A DNA stretch of 50,734 bases from Flavobacteriales bacterium (GTDB lineage: Bacteria > Bacteroidota > Bacteroidia > Flavobacteriales > Flavobacteriaceae), in contig JAYVFV010000079.1 in NCBI GenBank assembly GCA_043772885.1, positions 1-50,734 on the forward strand. The letters are read 5' to 3'. The position numbers and the translations under genes were made by a program. Within the stretch, counting starts at the first letter, position 1. Every line of letters begins with the position of its first letter. A model generated the notes under the pieces. The model saw nothing but the letters and a program-made list of their open reading frames with translations. It did no database searches and was not told where the DNA came from. Positions 1 to 8,153 of the stretch are shown piece by piece.

Positions 1-104
1 TTTTCGGCTGTTTCGCAGTGACTGATAAGTTTTTTGGCGACTATATCGCCAACTCCTTCCACCTTTAACAAGGCCAAAAGATGTAGTAATTCGGTATCGT
101 TCAT
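1..104 (-). CDS. dprA: DNA-processing protein DprA, N-terminal part (continues off the left edge)
   Basis: Manual translation from ATG at 104 gives MNDTELLHLLALLKVEGVGDIVAKKLISHCETAE, a typical Bacteroidota DprA N-terminus. Not in the ORF track. Confidence 0.8.
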   Translation of the reverse strand, partial: MNDTELLHLLALLKVEGVGDIVAKKLISHCETAE

Positions 105-194
105 TATAAAAATCTGTATGGTGTATAGTAAAATATTGAAAATCAAATGTAAGAACATTTTTTAAAATTGTTAACAAAGTTTGTTTATAAAATT

Positions 195-223
195 TTGCCA
201 TGCCCATTAAATAATTAAATTTG
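195..223 (+). promoter_or_regulatory. Bacteroidota housekeeping promoter (-33 TTG / -7 TAAATTTG)
   Basis: TTG at 195-197, 18-nt spacer, TAAATTTG at 216-223, 5 nt before ATG 229. Confidence 0.65.
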
Positions 224-228
224 TCTTT

Positions 229-1173
229 ATGAAAATGGACGTTTACATTTCGCAATTACTTTATCGTTACCAATGTGTAACAGTTCCAGGATTTGGTGCT
301 TTTTTAACCGAAATCCAATCGTCACAATTGCACGAAGATTCGCATTCTTTTTATCCACCAAAAAAATTGGTGTCGTTTAATGCGTATTTAAAAAACAACG
401 ATGGTTTATTAGCCAATCATATTGCTCAATCGGAGAAAATGTCATACGAAGTAGCGGTTTCGGTTATCGAAAATCAAGTGGCAACTTGGAAAAGCAAACT
501 GCATGATTTTGGTGCCATTGCTTTAAAAAATGTGGGAGAATTGGATTTAAATTCAGAGAACAATTTGGTGTTTACGCCGTATGACCAACTCAATTATTTA
601 GCGACTTCTTTTGGATTAACCTCGTATGTTTCGCCAGCAATAAAACGCGAAGTGTATAAACAAGAAGTAGAAACTTTAGAAGAAAAAGCTCCAATTATAT
701 TTACTCCAGAAAGAAGAAGTTCTAATTCGTTTATGAAATACGCTGCTATTTTAGTTTTAGGAGCAGGAATGTTGGGAACAAGTGGTTATTTTGGAAACAA
801 TTATTATCAAAATAAAATTCAGCAAGAAACCCTAGCGGTTCAGACTAAAGTGCAAAAACAAGTCAATCAAAAAATTCAGGAAGCCACTTTTTTTATTACC
901 AATCCTTTGCCGACAGTAACGTTAACGGTTTCGGAAGAGAAAATGCCGTACCATATTGTGGCTGGTGCTTTCCGTTTGGAGAAAAATGCGAACGCTATAT
1001 ATACTGAATTACTCAAATTAGGATATCATGCGCGACGCATTGAACAAAACAAACACGGATTATATCCTGTAGTATATGGAAGTTTTGCTTCGTATAATGA
1101 AGCTCAAAAGGCAATGGATAGCATTCAGAAAACGCACAATCCAGAAGCGTGGTTACTGATTCAGGAATTATAA
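229..1173 (+). CDS. HU/CCDC81-like N-terminal domains + transmembrane helix + C-terminal SPOR domain protein
   Basis: CVTVPGFGAF and FN..L..NDGLL HU-like motifs; TM segment YAAILVLGAGML; SPOR motifs YHIVAGAFR...NA and final AWLL. Confidence 0.85.
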   Translation: MKMDVYISQLLYRYQCVTVPGFGAFLTEIQSSQLHEDSHSFYPPKKLVSFNAYLKNNDGLLANHIAQSEKMSYEVAVSVIENQVATWKSKLHDFGAIALKNVGELDLNSENNLVFTPYDQLNYLATSFGLTSYVSPAIKREVYKQEVETLEEKAPIIFTPERRSSNSFMKYAAILVLGAGMLGTSGYFGNNYYQNKIQQETLAVQTKVQKQVNQKIQEATFFITNPLPTVTLTVSEEKMPYHIVAGAFRLEKNANAIYTELLKLGYHARRIEQNKHGLYPVVYGSFASYNEAQKAMDSIQKTHNPEAWLLIQEL

Positions 1174-1185
1174 AATATACAAAAC

Positions 1186-1211
1186 GTCTTATGAAAATAG
1201 GGCTTTTTTTT
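1186..1211 (+). terminator. Probable intrinsic terminator
   Basis: GTCTTAT-GAAA-ATAGGGC stem (two G-U pairs) followed by T8, just after the stop at 1173. Confidence 0.5.
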
Positions 1212-1320
1212 AGCCCTGATAACAGCGGCATCCTGTCATTGCGAGTGAAAACGCGGCAATCTCGGAAAAGATTGCTTCGTCCCTCGCAATGACAGATACA
1301 GCGGATAGCAGGAATAGCTT
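1212..1320 (+). ncRNA. Flavo-1-like structured RNA/repeat scaffold, copy 1
   Basis: CCTGATAACAGCGGCATCCT...AGATACAGCGGATAGCAGG; CCTG/CAGG closing stem; related copy at 21881. Rfam family assignment is from memory and not verified. Confidence 0.5.
1233..1295. repeat. Full palindromic REP/MITE-like element (GTCATTGCGAG type)
   Basis: Perfect 13-bp inverted ends CTGTCATTGCGAG (1233-1245) and CTCGCAATGACAG (1283-1295); inner GCAATCT/AGATTGC pair. Confidence 0.85.
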
Positions 1321-1332
1321 CAAAAAAATAAA

Positions 1333-1340
1333 TATCTTTG
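1333..1340 (+). promoter_or_regulatory. -7 promoter element TATCTTTG
   Basis: TAnnTTTG match 11 nt before ATG 1352. Confidence 0.55.
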
Positions 1341-1351
1341 CAAAAAAAACT

Positions 1352-1861
1352 ATGACTCCAAAACATCCTATTGATTCTTTAACGATACTTACCGATTTGG
1401 TTTTGCCAAGCGAAACCAATCCATTGAACAATCTTTTTGGTGGCGAATTGTTGGCGCGAATGGACCGAGCGGCGAGCATTTCGGCACGAAGACATTCGCG
1501 ACGCATTACGGTTACAGCATCGGTAAATCACGTGGCGTTTAATCGTTCGATTCCGCTGGGAAGTGTTGTAACGGTTGAAGCGAAGGTGTCGCGTGCGTTT
1601 CGAACTTCGATGGAAATTTTCTTAGACGTTTGGATTGAAGACCGCGAATCGGGAATTCGTTCGAAAGCCAATGAAGCGATTTATACTTTTGTAGCTGTTG
1701 ACGAATCTGGAAATCCGGTAGAAGTGCCACAAATTGAACCGCAAACCGACGAAGAAAAATCGCGTTACGAGGCAGCTTTACGAAGAAAACAATTGAGTTT
1801 GGTGCTTGCGGGAAAGATGAGTCCGCATGAAGCGACAGAATTGAGGGCGTTGTTTATGTAA
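1352..1861 (+). CDS. Acyl-CoA thioesterase (hotdog fold, YciA family)
   Basis: LVLPSETNPLNNLFGGELLARMD and VTASVN motifs. Start placed at ATG 1352, downstream of the promoter, not at 1289 inside the REP. Confidence 0.9.
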   Translation: MTPKHPIDSLTILTDLVLPSETNPLNNLFGGELLARMDRAASISARRHSRRITVTASVNHVAFNRSIPLGSVVTVEAKVSRAFRTSMEIFLDVWIEDRESGIRSKANEAIYTFVAVDESGNPVEVPQIEPQTDEEKSRYEAALRRKQLSLVLAGKMSPHEATELRALFM

Positions 1862-1862
1862 T

Positions 1863-3119
1863 TTAGTTTTTGGTAAACCTGATTTTCTTTTCTACTCCAT
1901 CGATAGTCATCTGCAGAATATAATTCCCTTTTTTTAAGTGAGAAACCGAAATGGAAATGCGATTTTGTTCTGCATTTTCGATGCTTATGGTATTGGACAA
2001 AACTTCTTGTCCAAGCATATTTATAATGGAATATGCAGCCGTGATTGCTTCGGAAAATGTTACATTCAGAATGTCTGAACTTGGATTTGGAAATACTACG
2101 ACATTCTCTTTTTCAAAATTTTGACTGCTTAATGTACTGAGCGAAATGGTATTAGAAGTGTCAGAACACGTTCCGTCTGTAACAATACAATAGTAATCTC
2201 CGATGGCAGATGGCGTGTAAGTTTGGGCATTTGCCGACAGAATGAGCGTGTTATTAAAGTACCATTGATATGTTGGAAACGTTGTGGTCGTAGACAAAAC
2301 ACCGAATGTTTCTGAAATGGTTACGTCTGGCTTTGCAATTGTTACAAAAGAAAGTGTATTGGTGTTATTGGTTATTCCGATTTCGTCTTGGGTGGTTCCG
2401 AATTTACAATCAATATCGGCCGGACTGCTTAACACACCCGGAAGTACAATTGGCGTTCCTGTAAGTGTGTTATTGAATTTGTTCAGTCTGTTGTTTCCCC
2501 AAGAGGTAACGTAATAATTGCCACAACCGTCCTTAGTAATTCCGTCGCAATTGCTCAACGTAGTTGCCAACAAAGTAGTTACAGCAAATGTGGTTAAATC
2601 GATTGCCATAATGGAAGCATTGGCTCCCCAAGTTACATAAACGCATCGGTTGTTGGCGCCTTCATATAAAATGCCATTTGGTGTTTTTGCAAGTCCGGTA
2701 GCTATGTTTGTATAGGTACTTGCAGAAATATTTATTTTAATTATTCGCTTGGTGGAAAAATCGGTTGCATATAAAAAATTAACGCCATCACTTGTCAATC
2801 CGTTTAAAAAGGAAGCTCCGACGTTGAGTGTAAAAATATTTGCTCCTGAAGTTAAATCGTAGCCTCTTATGGTAGTTCCTGAACATGCATACAGTACGTT
2901 CCCAAGAATTTCAATTCCGTAAGGTCCCGAAGGGACACCCGACACAAAAGAACTAAGGACTCCGGTAGTACTTCGTGCAAGAATGGTTCCGTTTCCAGTA
3001 TTGCTGATCAGCCAGCGGTTATTGGCTGCATCCCATTCGATACTTTCAGGTCCGTTTAATGTTTGTCCGAAAGTGGTTATGCCCCAAAAAGTAAGACAGA
3101 TAAGTAGTGTTTTCTTCAT
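1863..3119 (-). CDS. T9SS-secreted beta-propeller protein (SMP-30/NHL-like) with Ig-like spacer and type A CTD
   Basis: Signal peptide; repeated PES/PYG/LNG/PNG/CDG blade motifs; YQWY...GDYYC; CTD VFPNPS...GNYIL...RFTK. Confidence 0.8.
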   Translation of the reverse strand: MKKTLLICLTFWGITTFGQTLNGPESIEWDAANNRWLISNTGNGTILARSTTGVLSSFVSGVPSGPYGIEILGNVLYACSGTTIRGYDLTSGANIFTLNVGASFLNGLTSDGVNFLYATDFSTKRIIKINISASTYTNIATGLAKTPNGILYEGANNRCVYVTWGANASIMAIDLTTFAVTTLLATTLSNCDGITKDGCGNYYVTSWGNNRLNKFNNTLTGTPIVLPGVLSSPADIDCKFGTTQDEIGITNNTNTLSFVTIAKPDVTISETFGVLSTTTTFPTYQWYFNNTLILSANAQTYTPSAIGDYYCIVTDGTCSDTSNTISLSTLSSQNFEKENVVVFPNPSSDILNVTFSEAITAAYSIINMLGQEVLSNTISIENAEQNRISISVSHLKKGNYILQMTIDGVEKKIRFTKN

Positions 3120-3132
3120 GTTTTAAAGTTTT

Positions 3133-4389
3133 TTACATTCTGCTGATCCACGTTTGCGGATTGGCGTAGGTTGTATTTTGCGATATTAAGAATTTGAGAA
3201 TCGTTTTGCCTTCGCCGTTGGTTCGTATTTTTCCTAAAACTTGTTTGGTTGTTACTTTGTCTCCAGCGCTTACATTCACGCTGCTTAAGTTTTGATATAC
3301 GGTAAAATAATCACCATGTTGAATACAAACCGCTTTGTTTAAAGGAGAAATGACAATCACTTTGGTTACTTCTCCGTTGTAAACGGCGCGAGCATTGGCT
3401 CCGGCGTCTGTTGTTATTTCGACACCACTATTATGAATTACAAGCGTTCTGTAAACTGGATGTGCTTGATTTCCGTAGCCCAATGACACAAATCCTTTTT
3501 CTACCGGCCATGGCAATTGCCCTTTGTTGGCTTTAAAACTGTTTGCTAATAATTGTCCTTCGGGTGTTAGTACAATTTTGGTGGACGTTTCTACTGCTTT
3601 TGTTTCGGCAGCTGAAGTTGTTTTCGGATTGGCTTTCGCTTTTGCTGCTGCTGTTTTCTTATTGGCTTCGGCAATCGCATCACGAATTAACTTTTGAATT
3701 TGAGCATCGATTCGATTGGTTTCTTGTTGTTTCTTTTTGATTTCGGCTGCGATTTGCTTTTTGTCTTTCTTTAAACTATTGGCAATTTTTTCCTGTTCTA
3801 GTTTTTCTTTTTCGAGATCTTGCTTTTGCTTTTCCTGCTCAGCAATCAACTTTTGCTTTTCTGTTTTTTGACCGCTTAATTTTTCATTGTGATCGGATAA
3901 TGATATTGTTTTTCCTTTAATTTCATCGCCTTGCATTTTTCGATAACTCGAATATTGCTTCATGTATTGCAATCGCTTGTATGCTTGAAGAAAGTTTTCG
4001 GAAGATAAAATAAACATCGCACGACTTTGAGTCGAACGACTTTTGTACGATTTGACAATCATTTCTGAATAATCTTCTTTTAAATCGACAAGTTCTGTCT
4101 TTAAGTGATTGATTTTTTTTTGATTAATGTACATATCATTGCTTAACAATTTGGTTTGTTTTTCGGTTGTATTAATAAGTTTTTGCTTTAATCCGATTTT
4201 ATCTTTTTGAATTTGGAGCAATTTTCCAACTGATTTTTCTTGCTTTTTAACATCTTGTAATAACATTTCTTTTTCACGAATTTCTTCTTGAAGTTTAGCT
4301 TTCTTCTGTTCCAACTCTTCTTGGGTTTGCTGACTCCAAGCAATTGATGATAAACAAATAAATAAAAAGGTGTAAATTAGTTTTTGCAT
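3133..4389 (-). CDS. envC: Murein hydrolase activator EnvC family (coiled coil + degenerate M23)
   Basis: Long coiled coil; KGQLPWPVEKG; M23 fold lacking the zinc ligands (NSGVEI, YQNL). Confidence 0.85.
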   Translation of the reverse strand: MQKLIYTFLFICLSSIAWSQQTQEELEQKKAKLQEEIREKEMLLQDVKKQEKSVGKLLQIQKDKIGLKQKLINTTEKQTKLLSNDMYINQKKINHLKTELVDLKEDYSEMIVKSYKSRSTQSRAMFILSSENFLQAYKRLQYMKQYSSYRKMQGDEIKGKTISLSDHNEKLSGQKTEKQKLIAEQEKQKQDLEKEKLEQEKIANSLKKDKKQIAAEIKKKQQETNRIDAQIQKLIRDAIAEANKKTAAAKAKANPKTTSAAETKAVETSTKIVLTPEGQLLANSFKANKGQLPWPVEKGFVSLGYGNQAHPVYRTLVIHNSGVEITTDAGANARAVYNGEVTKVIVISPLNKAVCIQHGDYFTVYQNLSSVNVSAGDKVTTKQVLGKIRTNGEGKTILKFLISQNTTYANPQTWISRM

Positions 4390-4394
4390 GGGTG

Positions 4395-5180
4395 TTATAA
4401 CTTTTCTATAGATATTCTTTCAAAACCTTCTGGAACGCTGTACGGAAAAGAAAGTTCTTCATTGAAGGAAACGTTTTTGTATTCTATGTCGATATTGGTT
4501 TTGCTTTCTTTATGATACGCGGCGATTACAATTGCTAAAGGTAAAATCATTTCGTCGTGTTTTTTATATTCTGGATAAACAATTTGCAAAGCTCTTTGTA
4601 AGTTGGGTTGATTTATTTCTTGTTGTTTAAGTAAGAAATTATCCGATTCAAAAAAGAAAGATTTGCTATTATTTGCATCGCTATTGTCTTCTAATTTATA
4701 CATTTTATTCATTATGGAAACTATAAAATTAGATTGGTGCAAATCGTTAAATGCTTTTCCTAATAATAAATTTTGAACCTTATTAAAATCCAAATCAGTT
4801 CCGAGCCATTTGCTTAATCCCGAGTAATCTCCTTCAAAATAATCACTGTTTATTTTATCGTAATATTTGACTTCTGTTGGCGTAATCAATGCTTTTGCCA
4901 TTGTTATTCCGAGAAAACGAATGCTGACTAAAATCTTCTCGTTCTTTTTAATTTTGATTTCAGCAGTTACGCTTTGAGATTGTTTATCATCTCTATATTT
5001 AGCGTTTGCTTTTATATATAATGTAGAAAATTCTGTTTTATTGTTGTAATGATTTTCAATAACTTTATCGGCAGATAGTAAATTACTTGCCGTTCCTTCC
5101 AATAAAGTTGCCTTTGATTTGCAAGAAACAAGCGTTAAACTGACGAAGCAAAATAAAAATAAACAACTGAATTTTTTCAT
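4395..5180 (-). CDS. DUF4292 family lipoprotein
   Basis: Lipobox LVSC; LGITMAKALITP and DFNKVQNLLLG motifs; position between TPR and EnvC genes. ATG 5180 preferred. Confidence 0.75.
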   Translation of the reverse strand: MKKFSCLFLFCFVSLTLVSCKSKATLLEGTASNLLSADKVIENHYNNKTEFSTLYIKANAKYRDDKQSQSVTAEIKIKKNEKILVSIRFLGITMAKALITPTEVKYYDKINSDYFEGDYSGLSKWLGTDLDFNKVQNLLLGKAFNDLHQSNFIVSIMNKMYKLEDNSDANNSKSFFFESDNFLLKQQEINQPNLQRALQIVYPEYKKHDEMILPLAIVIAAYHKESKTNIDIEYKNVSFNEELSFPYSVPEGFERISIEKL

Positions 5181-5193
5181 TAATGGGAACAAT

Positions 5194-6549
5194 CTAAATT
5201 TTGTTTTTTTGTTTTTTTAGCAATTCATTCGCTTTTGAAAAATAAAATTCTTTCTTTTTCATATCTCCTAAACCGTTGTATGCCGTACTTAGTTGAATGT
5301 TTAAATTGATTTCAAGAGCGATGTCGTCAACTAAATTATCCATTCCGAGTTCGAGATTTTCTTTTGCTTTTTTAAAGTTTTGTGTTTGATTGTATCCCAA
5401 TCCGGCATAAAAGTAAAATTGTGGTTGCGATGGAAACAATTCCAACCAATTGCCTGCAGTTATAATCACTTTATCAAATTGTCCTTTTTCGGTATAGGCA
5501 TGAAGTAAAAGTAATGCCGTTTCATAATCATCGTTCGCCGATTTTAAATGCATTTCAAAATACTTTATTGCCTTTTCCCATTCTTTTTTATTCGTGTAAA
5601 ATTTTCCTATTTCTTTGGCTACTTTTACTTCTTTATCATTAGCAAAATAGCTGATTGCTTTATCTAAATCGGCATCGTATTGAGCATCACTTTTACTAAA
5701 AATTAAAAATTCATTAAAAATTCGATGCTTCACTTTTCGATCTATTTTGAAACTTCCTAAAACCGTATTCATTGCTTTAACTGCTTTTTCGCCGTCGTTA
5801 TTGTTTAAATGGAATTTAAATAAACTCACTTGCGCCCAATCGGAAGTTGGAATTTCAATTTCTAATTTTTTAGCAATTTCCATCGCTTTCTCTTCTTGAT
5901 TGCTTTGAGAATACATATATATCAACGCAATGTAATTGGATTCTTCTTTAGGGTTTTTCTTTATTTGTTCAAGTAAATTATTCTTCTCTGGACCTTGGTA
6001 TTTGGAGTCTTGAAGGATTTCGGCTTTGTATAATTCTCGTTTTTCTGATTTACCAATGGTTTGATTTAACTCATTTATCAGGTCTAAAGCTTTATCAAAT
6101 TGTTGGGTATTCATGTAAAGAGAAACCAAATCTTCTTTATATGTTTGTTTGAATTCGATTAACTTTTGTACAATTACAATGGCTTGATTGTAATCGCGCG
6201 TATCGTAACATACATCGTACATTCCGACAAAAGCCCAACGGTTTTTTGGATCAATTTTAGTGGCGTTTTCAAAATTATCATACGCGTCTTTGTATTTTTT
6301 TAACGACAAATAATTCTTTCCTAATTCTAAAAACAAGGTAGCATTATTGGGTTGAATTTTAAGACATTTCTCTAATGATTCAATTGCTTTATCATAATTT
6401 TCCATCCCTTTTTGTTTTAGGGATTCATAAAAATGATTTTGAAATTCATCGGTATCTAACGCCACATCTTCAGGTTCGGTTTGCGCCGATAGCGAAATTG
6501 GAATGCTGAGCAATCCTAAAAAAATAACTATTAAGAAAATTTTTTTCAT
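5194..6549 (-). CDS. Periplasmic tetratricopeptide repeat protein
   Basis: Signal peptide and multiple TPR helix pairs. Confidence 0.85.
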   Translation of the reverse strand: MKKIFLIVIFLGLLSIPISLSAQTEPEDVALDTDEFQNHFYESLKQKGMENYDKAIESLEKCLKIQPNNATLFLELGKNYLSLKKYKDAYDNFENATKIDPKNRWAFVGMYDVCYDTRDYNQAIVIVQKLIEFKQTYKEDLVSLYMNTQQFDKALDLINELNQTIGKSEKRELYKAEILQDSKYQGPEKNNLLEQIKKNPKEESNYIALIYMYSQSNQEEKAMEIAKKLEIEIPTSDWAQVSLFKFHLNNNDGEKAVKAMNTVLGSFKIDRKVKHRIFNEFLIFSKSDAQYDADLDKAISYFANDKEVKVAKEIGKFYTNKKEWEKAIKYFEMHLKSANDDYETALLLLHAYTEKGQFDKVIITAGNWLELFPSQPQFYFYAGLGYNQTQNFKKAKENLELGMDNLVDDIALEINLNIQLSTAYNGLGDMKKKEFYFSKANELLKKQKNKI

Positions 6550-6555
6550 TTATTT

Positions 6556-7566
6556 TTATTCTAAAACGGAGTAATCTCCAATACTAATACTTGTAAAATT
6601 ACCATCAAAACTAGCGTGATTTCCTATCATAGCGTTATCTAAACTAGCATTTTTAATATGCGAATGTGTTTGAACTAAACTGTTTTTTATCGTGCTGTTA
6701 ATTACGTAGCATCCTTTTCCTAAAGAAACATTTGGTCCAATTGTAGCGTTAATCAAGACCACATCTTCACCGATATAACACGGCGGAATTATCGTTGCGT
6801 TTTCTTGTTTCACATCATAATCAATCAAATGTTCACCGTCATTATGAAGAAAACCTAACATTCTCGAATTGGTTTCGACGGTAACCTTTTTATTCCCACA
6901 ATCCATCCATTCGTCGACTTTTCCTGGAACGAATTTCATGCCTTTTTGTTTCATGTTTTCCAATCCGTCTGTCAGTTGGTATTCGCCACCTTTAACAACG
7001 TTATTATCGAGTAAGTATTGTAATTCGGAACGCAATGCTTCTCCTGATTTGAAATAGTAAATTCCGATAATTGCTAAATCGGAAATAAATTCCTTTGGTT
7101 TTTCTACAAAATCTACAATTTGGTTGTTCTCGTTTAACTGCACTACACCAAATGCACTTGGATCTTCTACTTGTTTTACCCAAATTACACTATCTGCTGT
7201 TGTATCTAAAGTGAAATCGGCTCTAAAAAGTGTATCTGCATACGCCACAACTATTGGTCCTTGCATGGATTCTTTAGCGCACATAATGGCGTGAGCGGTT
7301 CCGAGTGCTTCGTTTTGATAATAGATGGTTCCTTTTGCTCCTAATTTTTCAGCAATAGCAATCAAATCTACTTCTACTTGTTTGCCAAAATCTTTATGGA
7401 TGATAAAAGCAATTTCATCTATTTTCTGTTCAATTACGTTAGCAATATCTTCAACCAATCGATGCACAATTGGTTTTCCTGCAATTGGAATCAAAGGTTT
7501 TGGAATGGTTAACGTATGTGGGCGAAGTCGTGAACCACGACCTGCCATTGGAACTATTATTTTCAT
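6556..7566 (-). CDS. Sugar-phosphate nucleotidyltransferase with C-terminal left-handed beta-helix
   Basis: PMAGRGSRLRPHT...PKPL, FVEKP and GEYQLTD motifs; hexapeptide tail. Confidence 0.9.
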   Translation of the reverse strand: MKIIVPMAGRGSRLRPHTLTIPKPLIPIAGKPIVHRLVEDIANVIEQKIDEIAFIIHKDFGKQVEVDLIAIAEKLGAKGTIYYQNEALGTAHAIMCAKESMQGPIVVAYADTLFRADFTLDTTADSVIWVKQVEDPSAFGVVQLNENNQIVDFVEKPKEFISDLAIIGIYYFKSGEALRSELQYLLDNNVVKGGEYQLTDGLENMKQKGMKFVPGKVDEWMDCGNKKVTVETNSRMLGFLHNDGEHLIDYDVKQENATIIPPCYIGEDVVLINATIGPNVSLGKGCYVINSTIKNSLVQTHSHIKNASLDNAMIGNHASFDGNFTSISIGDYSVLE

Positions 7567-7572
7567 TATTAA

Positions 7573-7598
7573 GTCATTGCGAAGAACGAAGCAATCTC
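7573..7598. repeat. Half REP element (GTCATTGCGAAGAACGAAGCAATCTC)
   Basis: Matches the left half of the 1233-1295 element. Confidence 0.8.
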
Positions 7599-7621
7599 GC
7601 TCTCTTATTAATTGTTTTTTA

Positions 7622-7645
7622 TAACTGCTAACTGTGCTGCTAACT
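7622..7645. repeat. Short degenerate ~7-nt repeat (CTGCTAACT twice)
   Basis: CTGCTAACT at 7625-7633 and 7637-7645, abutting the dut stop codon. Confidence 0.5.
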
Positions 7646-8078
7646 ATTTTACTCCTGTACTACCAAAACCGCCTTCGCCACGTGACGTTTCTGATAATTC
7701 TGAAACTTCCATCCACTCGGCGCGCTCGTGTTTAGCTATAATTAATTGTGCGATTCTTTCGCCATTTTCGATGACAAAATCTTCATTGGATAAATTTACT
7801 AAAATTACTCCGATTTCACCACGATAATCGGCATCAACTGTTCCGGGTGAATTGAGAACTGTGACTCCTTTTTTGGCTGCTAAACCACTACGAGGACGTA
7901 CTTGTGCTTCATAACCAATTGGCAATTCAATAAAAAGACCTGTTTTAACTATAACTCTTTCTAACGATTTTAAGGTAATTGATTCGGATAAATTCGCGCG
8001 TAAATCCATTCCTGCCGAAGCAATGGTTTCATAATTGGGTAAATCGTGCTGTGATTTGTTGATGATTTTTATCGTCAT
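7644..8078 (-). CDS. dut: dUTP diphosphatase
   Basis: [27 protein letters not shown] and [10 protein letters not shown] motifs. Confidence 0.98.
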   Translation of the reverse strand: MTIKIINKSQHDLPNYETIASAGMDLRANLSESITLKSLERVIVKTGLFIELPIGYEAQVRPRSGLAAKKGVTVLNSPGTVDADYRGEIGVILVNLSNEDFVIENGERIAQLIIAKHERAEWMEVSELSETSRGEGGFGSTGVK

Positions 8079-8086
8079 TATTTTGT

Positions 8087-8142
8087 GTCATTGCGAGTAA
8101 CGAAGAAACCCGAGCGCAGCGAACTGAGCGCAAGCTAATCTC
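8087..8142. repeat. Half REP element interrupted by a ~30-nt GC-rich insert
   Basis: GTCATTGCGAGTAACGAAG-[AAACCCGAGCGCAGCGAACTGAGCGCAAGCT]-AATCTC. Confidence 0.7.
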
Positions 8143-8153
8143 GTAACTCTAAT

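Noticed and set aside
1199-1217. AGGGCT/AGCCCT alternative hairpin as an antiterminator switch
   Set aside because: Its 3' arm lies beyond the U tract, so it cannot pre-empt termination; only 6 bp.
1289-1351. N-terminal extension of the thioesterase from an ATG inside the REP
   Set aside because: A TAnnTTTG promoter element lies downstream of that ATG, and family similarity begins at 1352.
1013-1506. Minus-strand ORFs 1013-1366 and 1210-1506
   Set aside because: They overlap real + strand genes, and their apparent sequence comes from translating the REP palindrome.
3133-3500. M23 domain lacking zinc ligands as a possible pseudogene
   Set aside because: A degenerate active site is the defining feature of EnvC-type activators.
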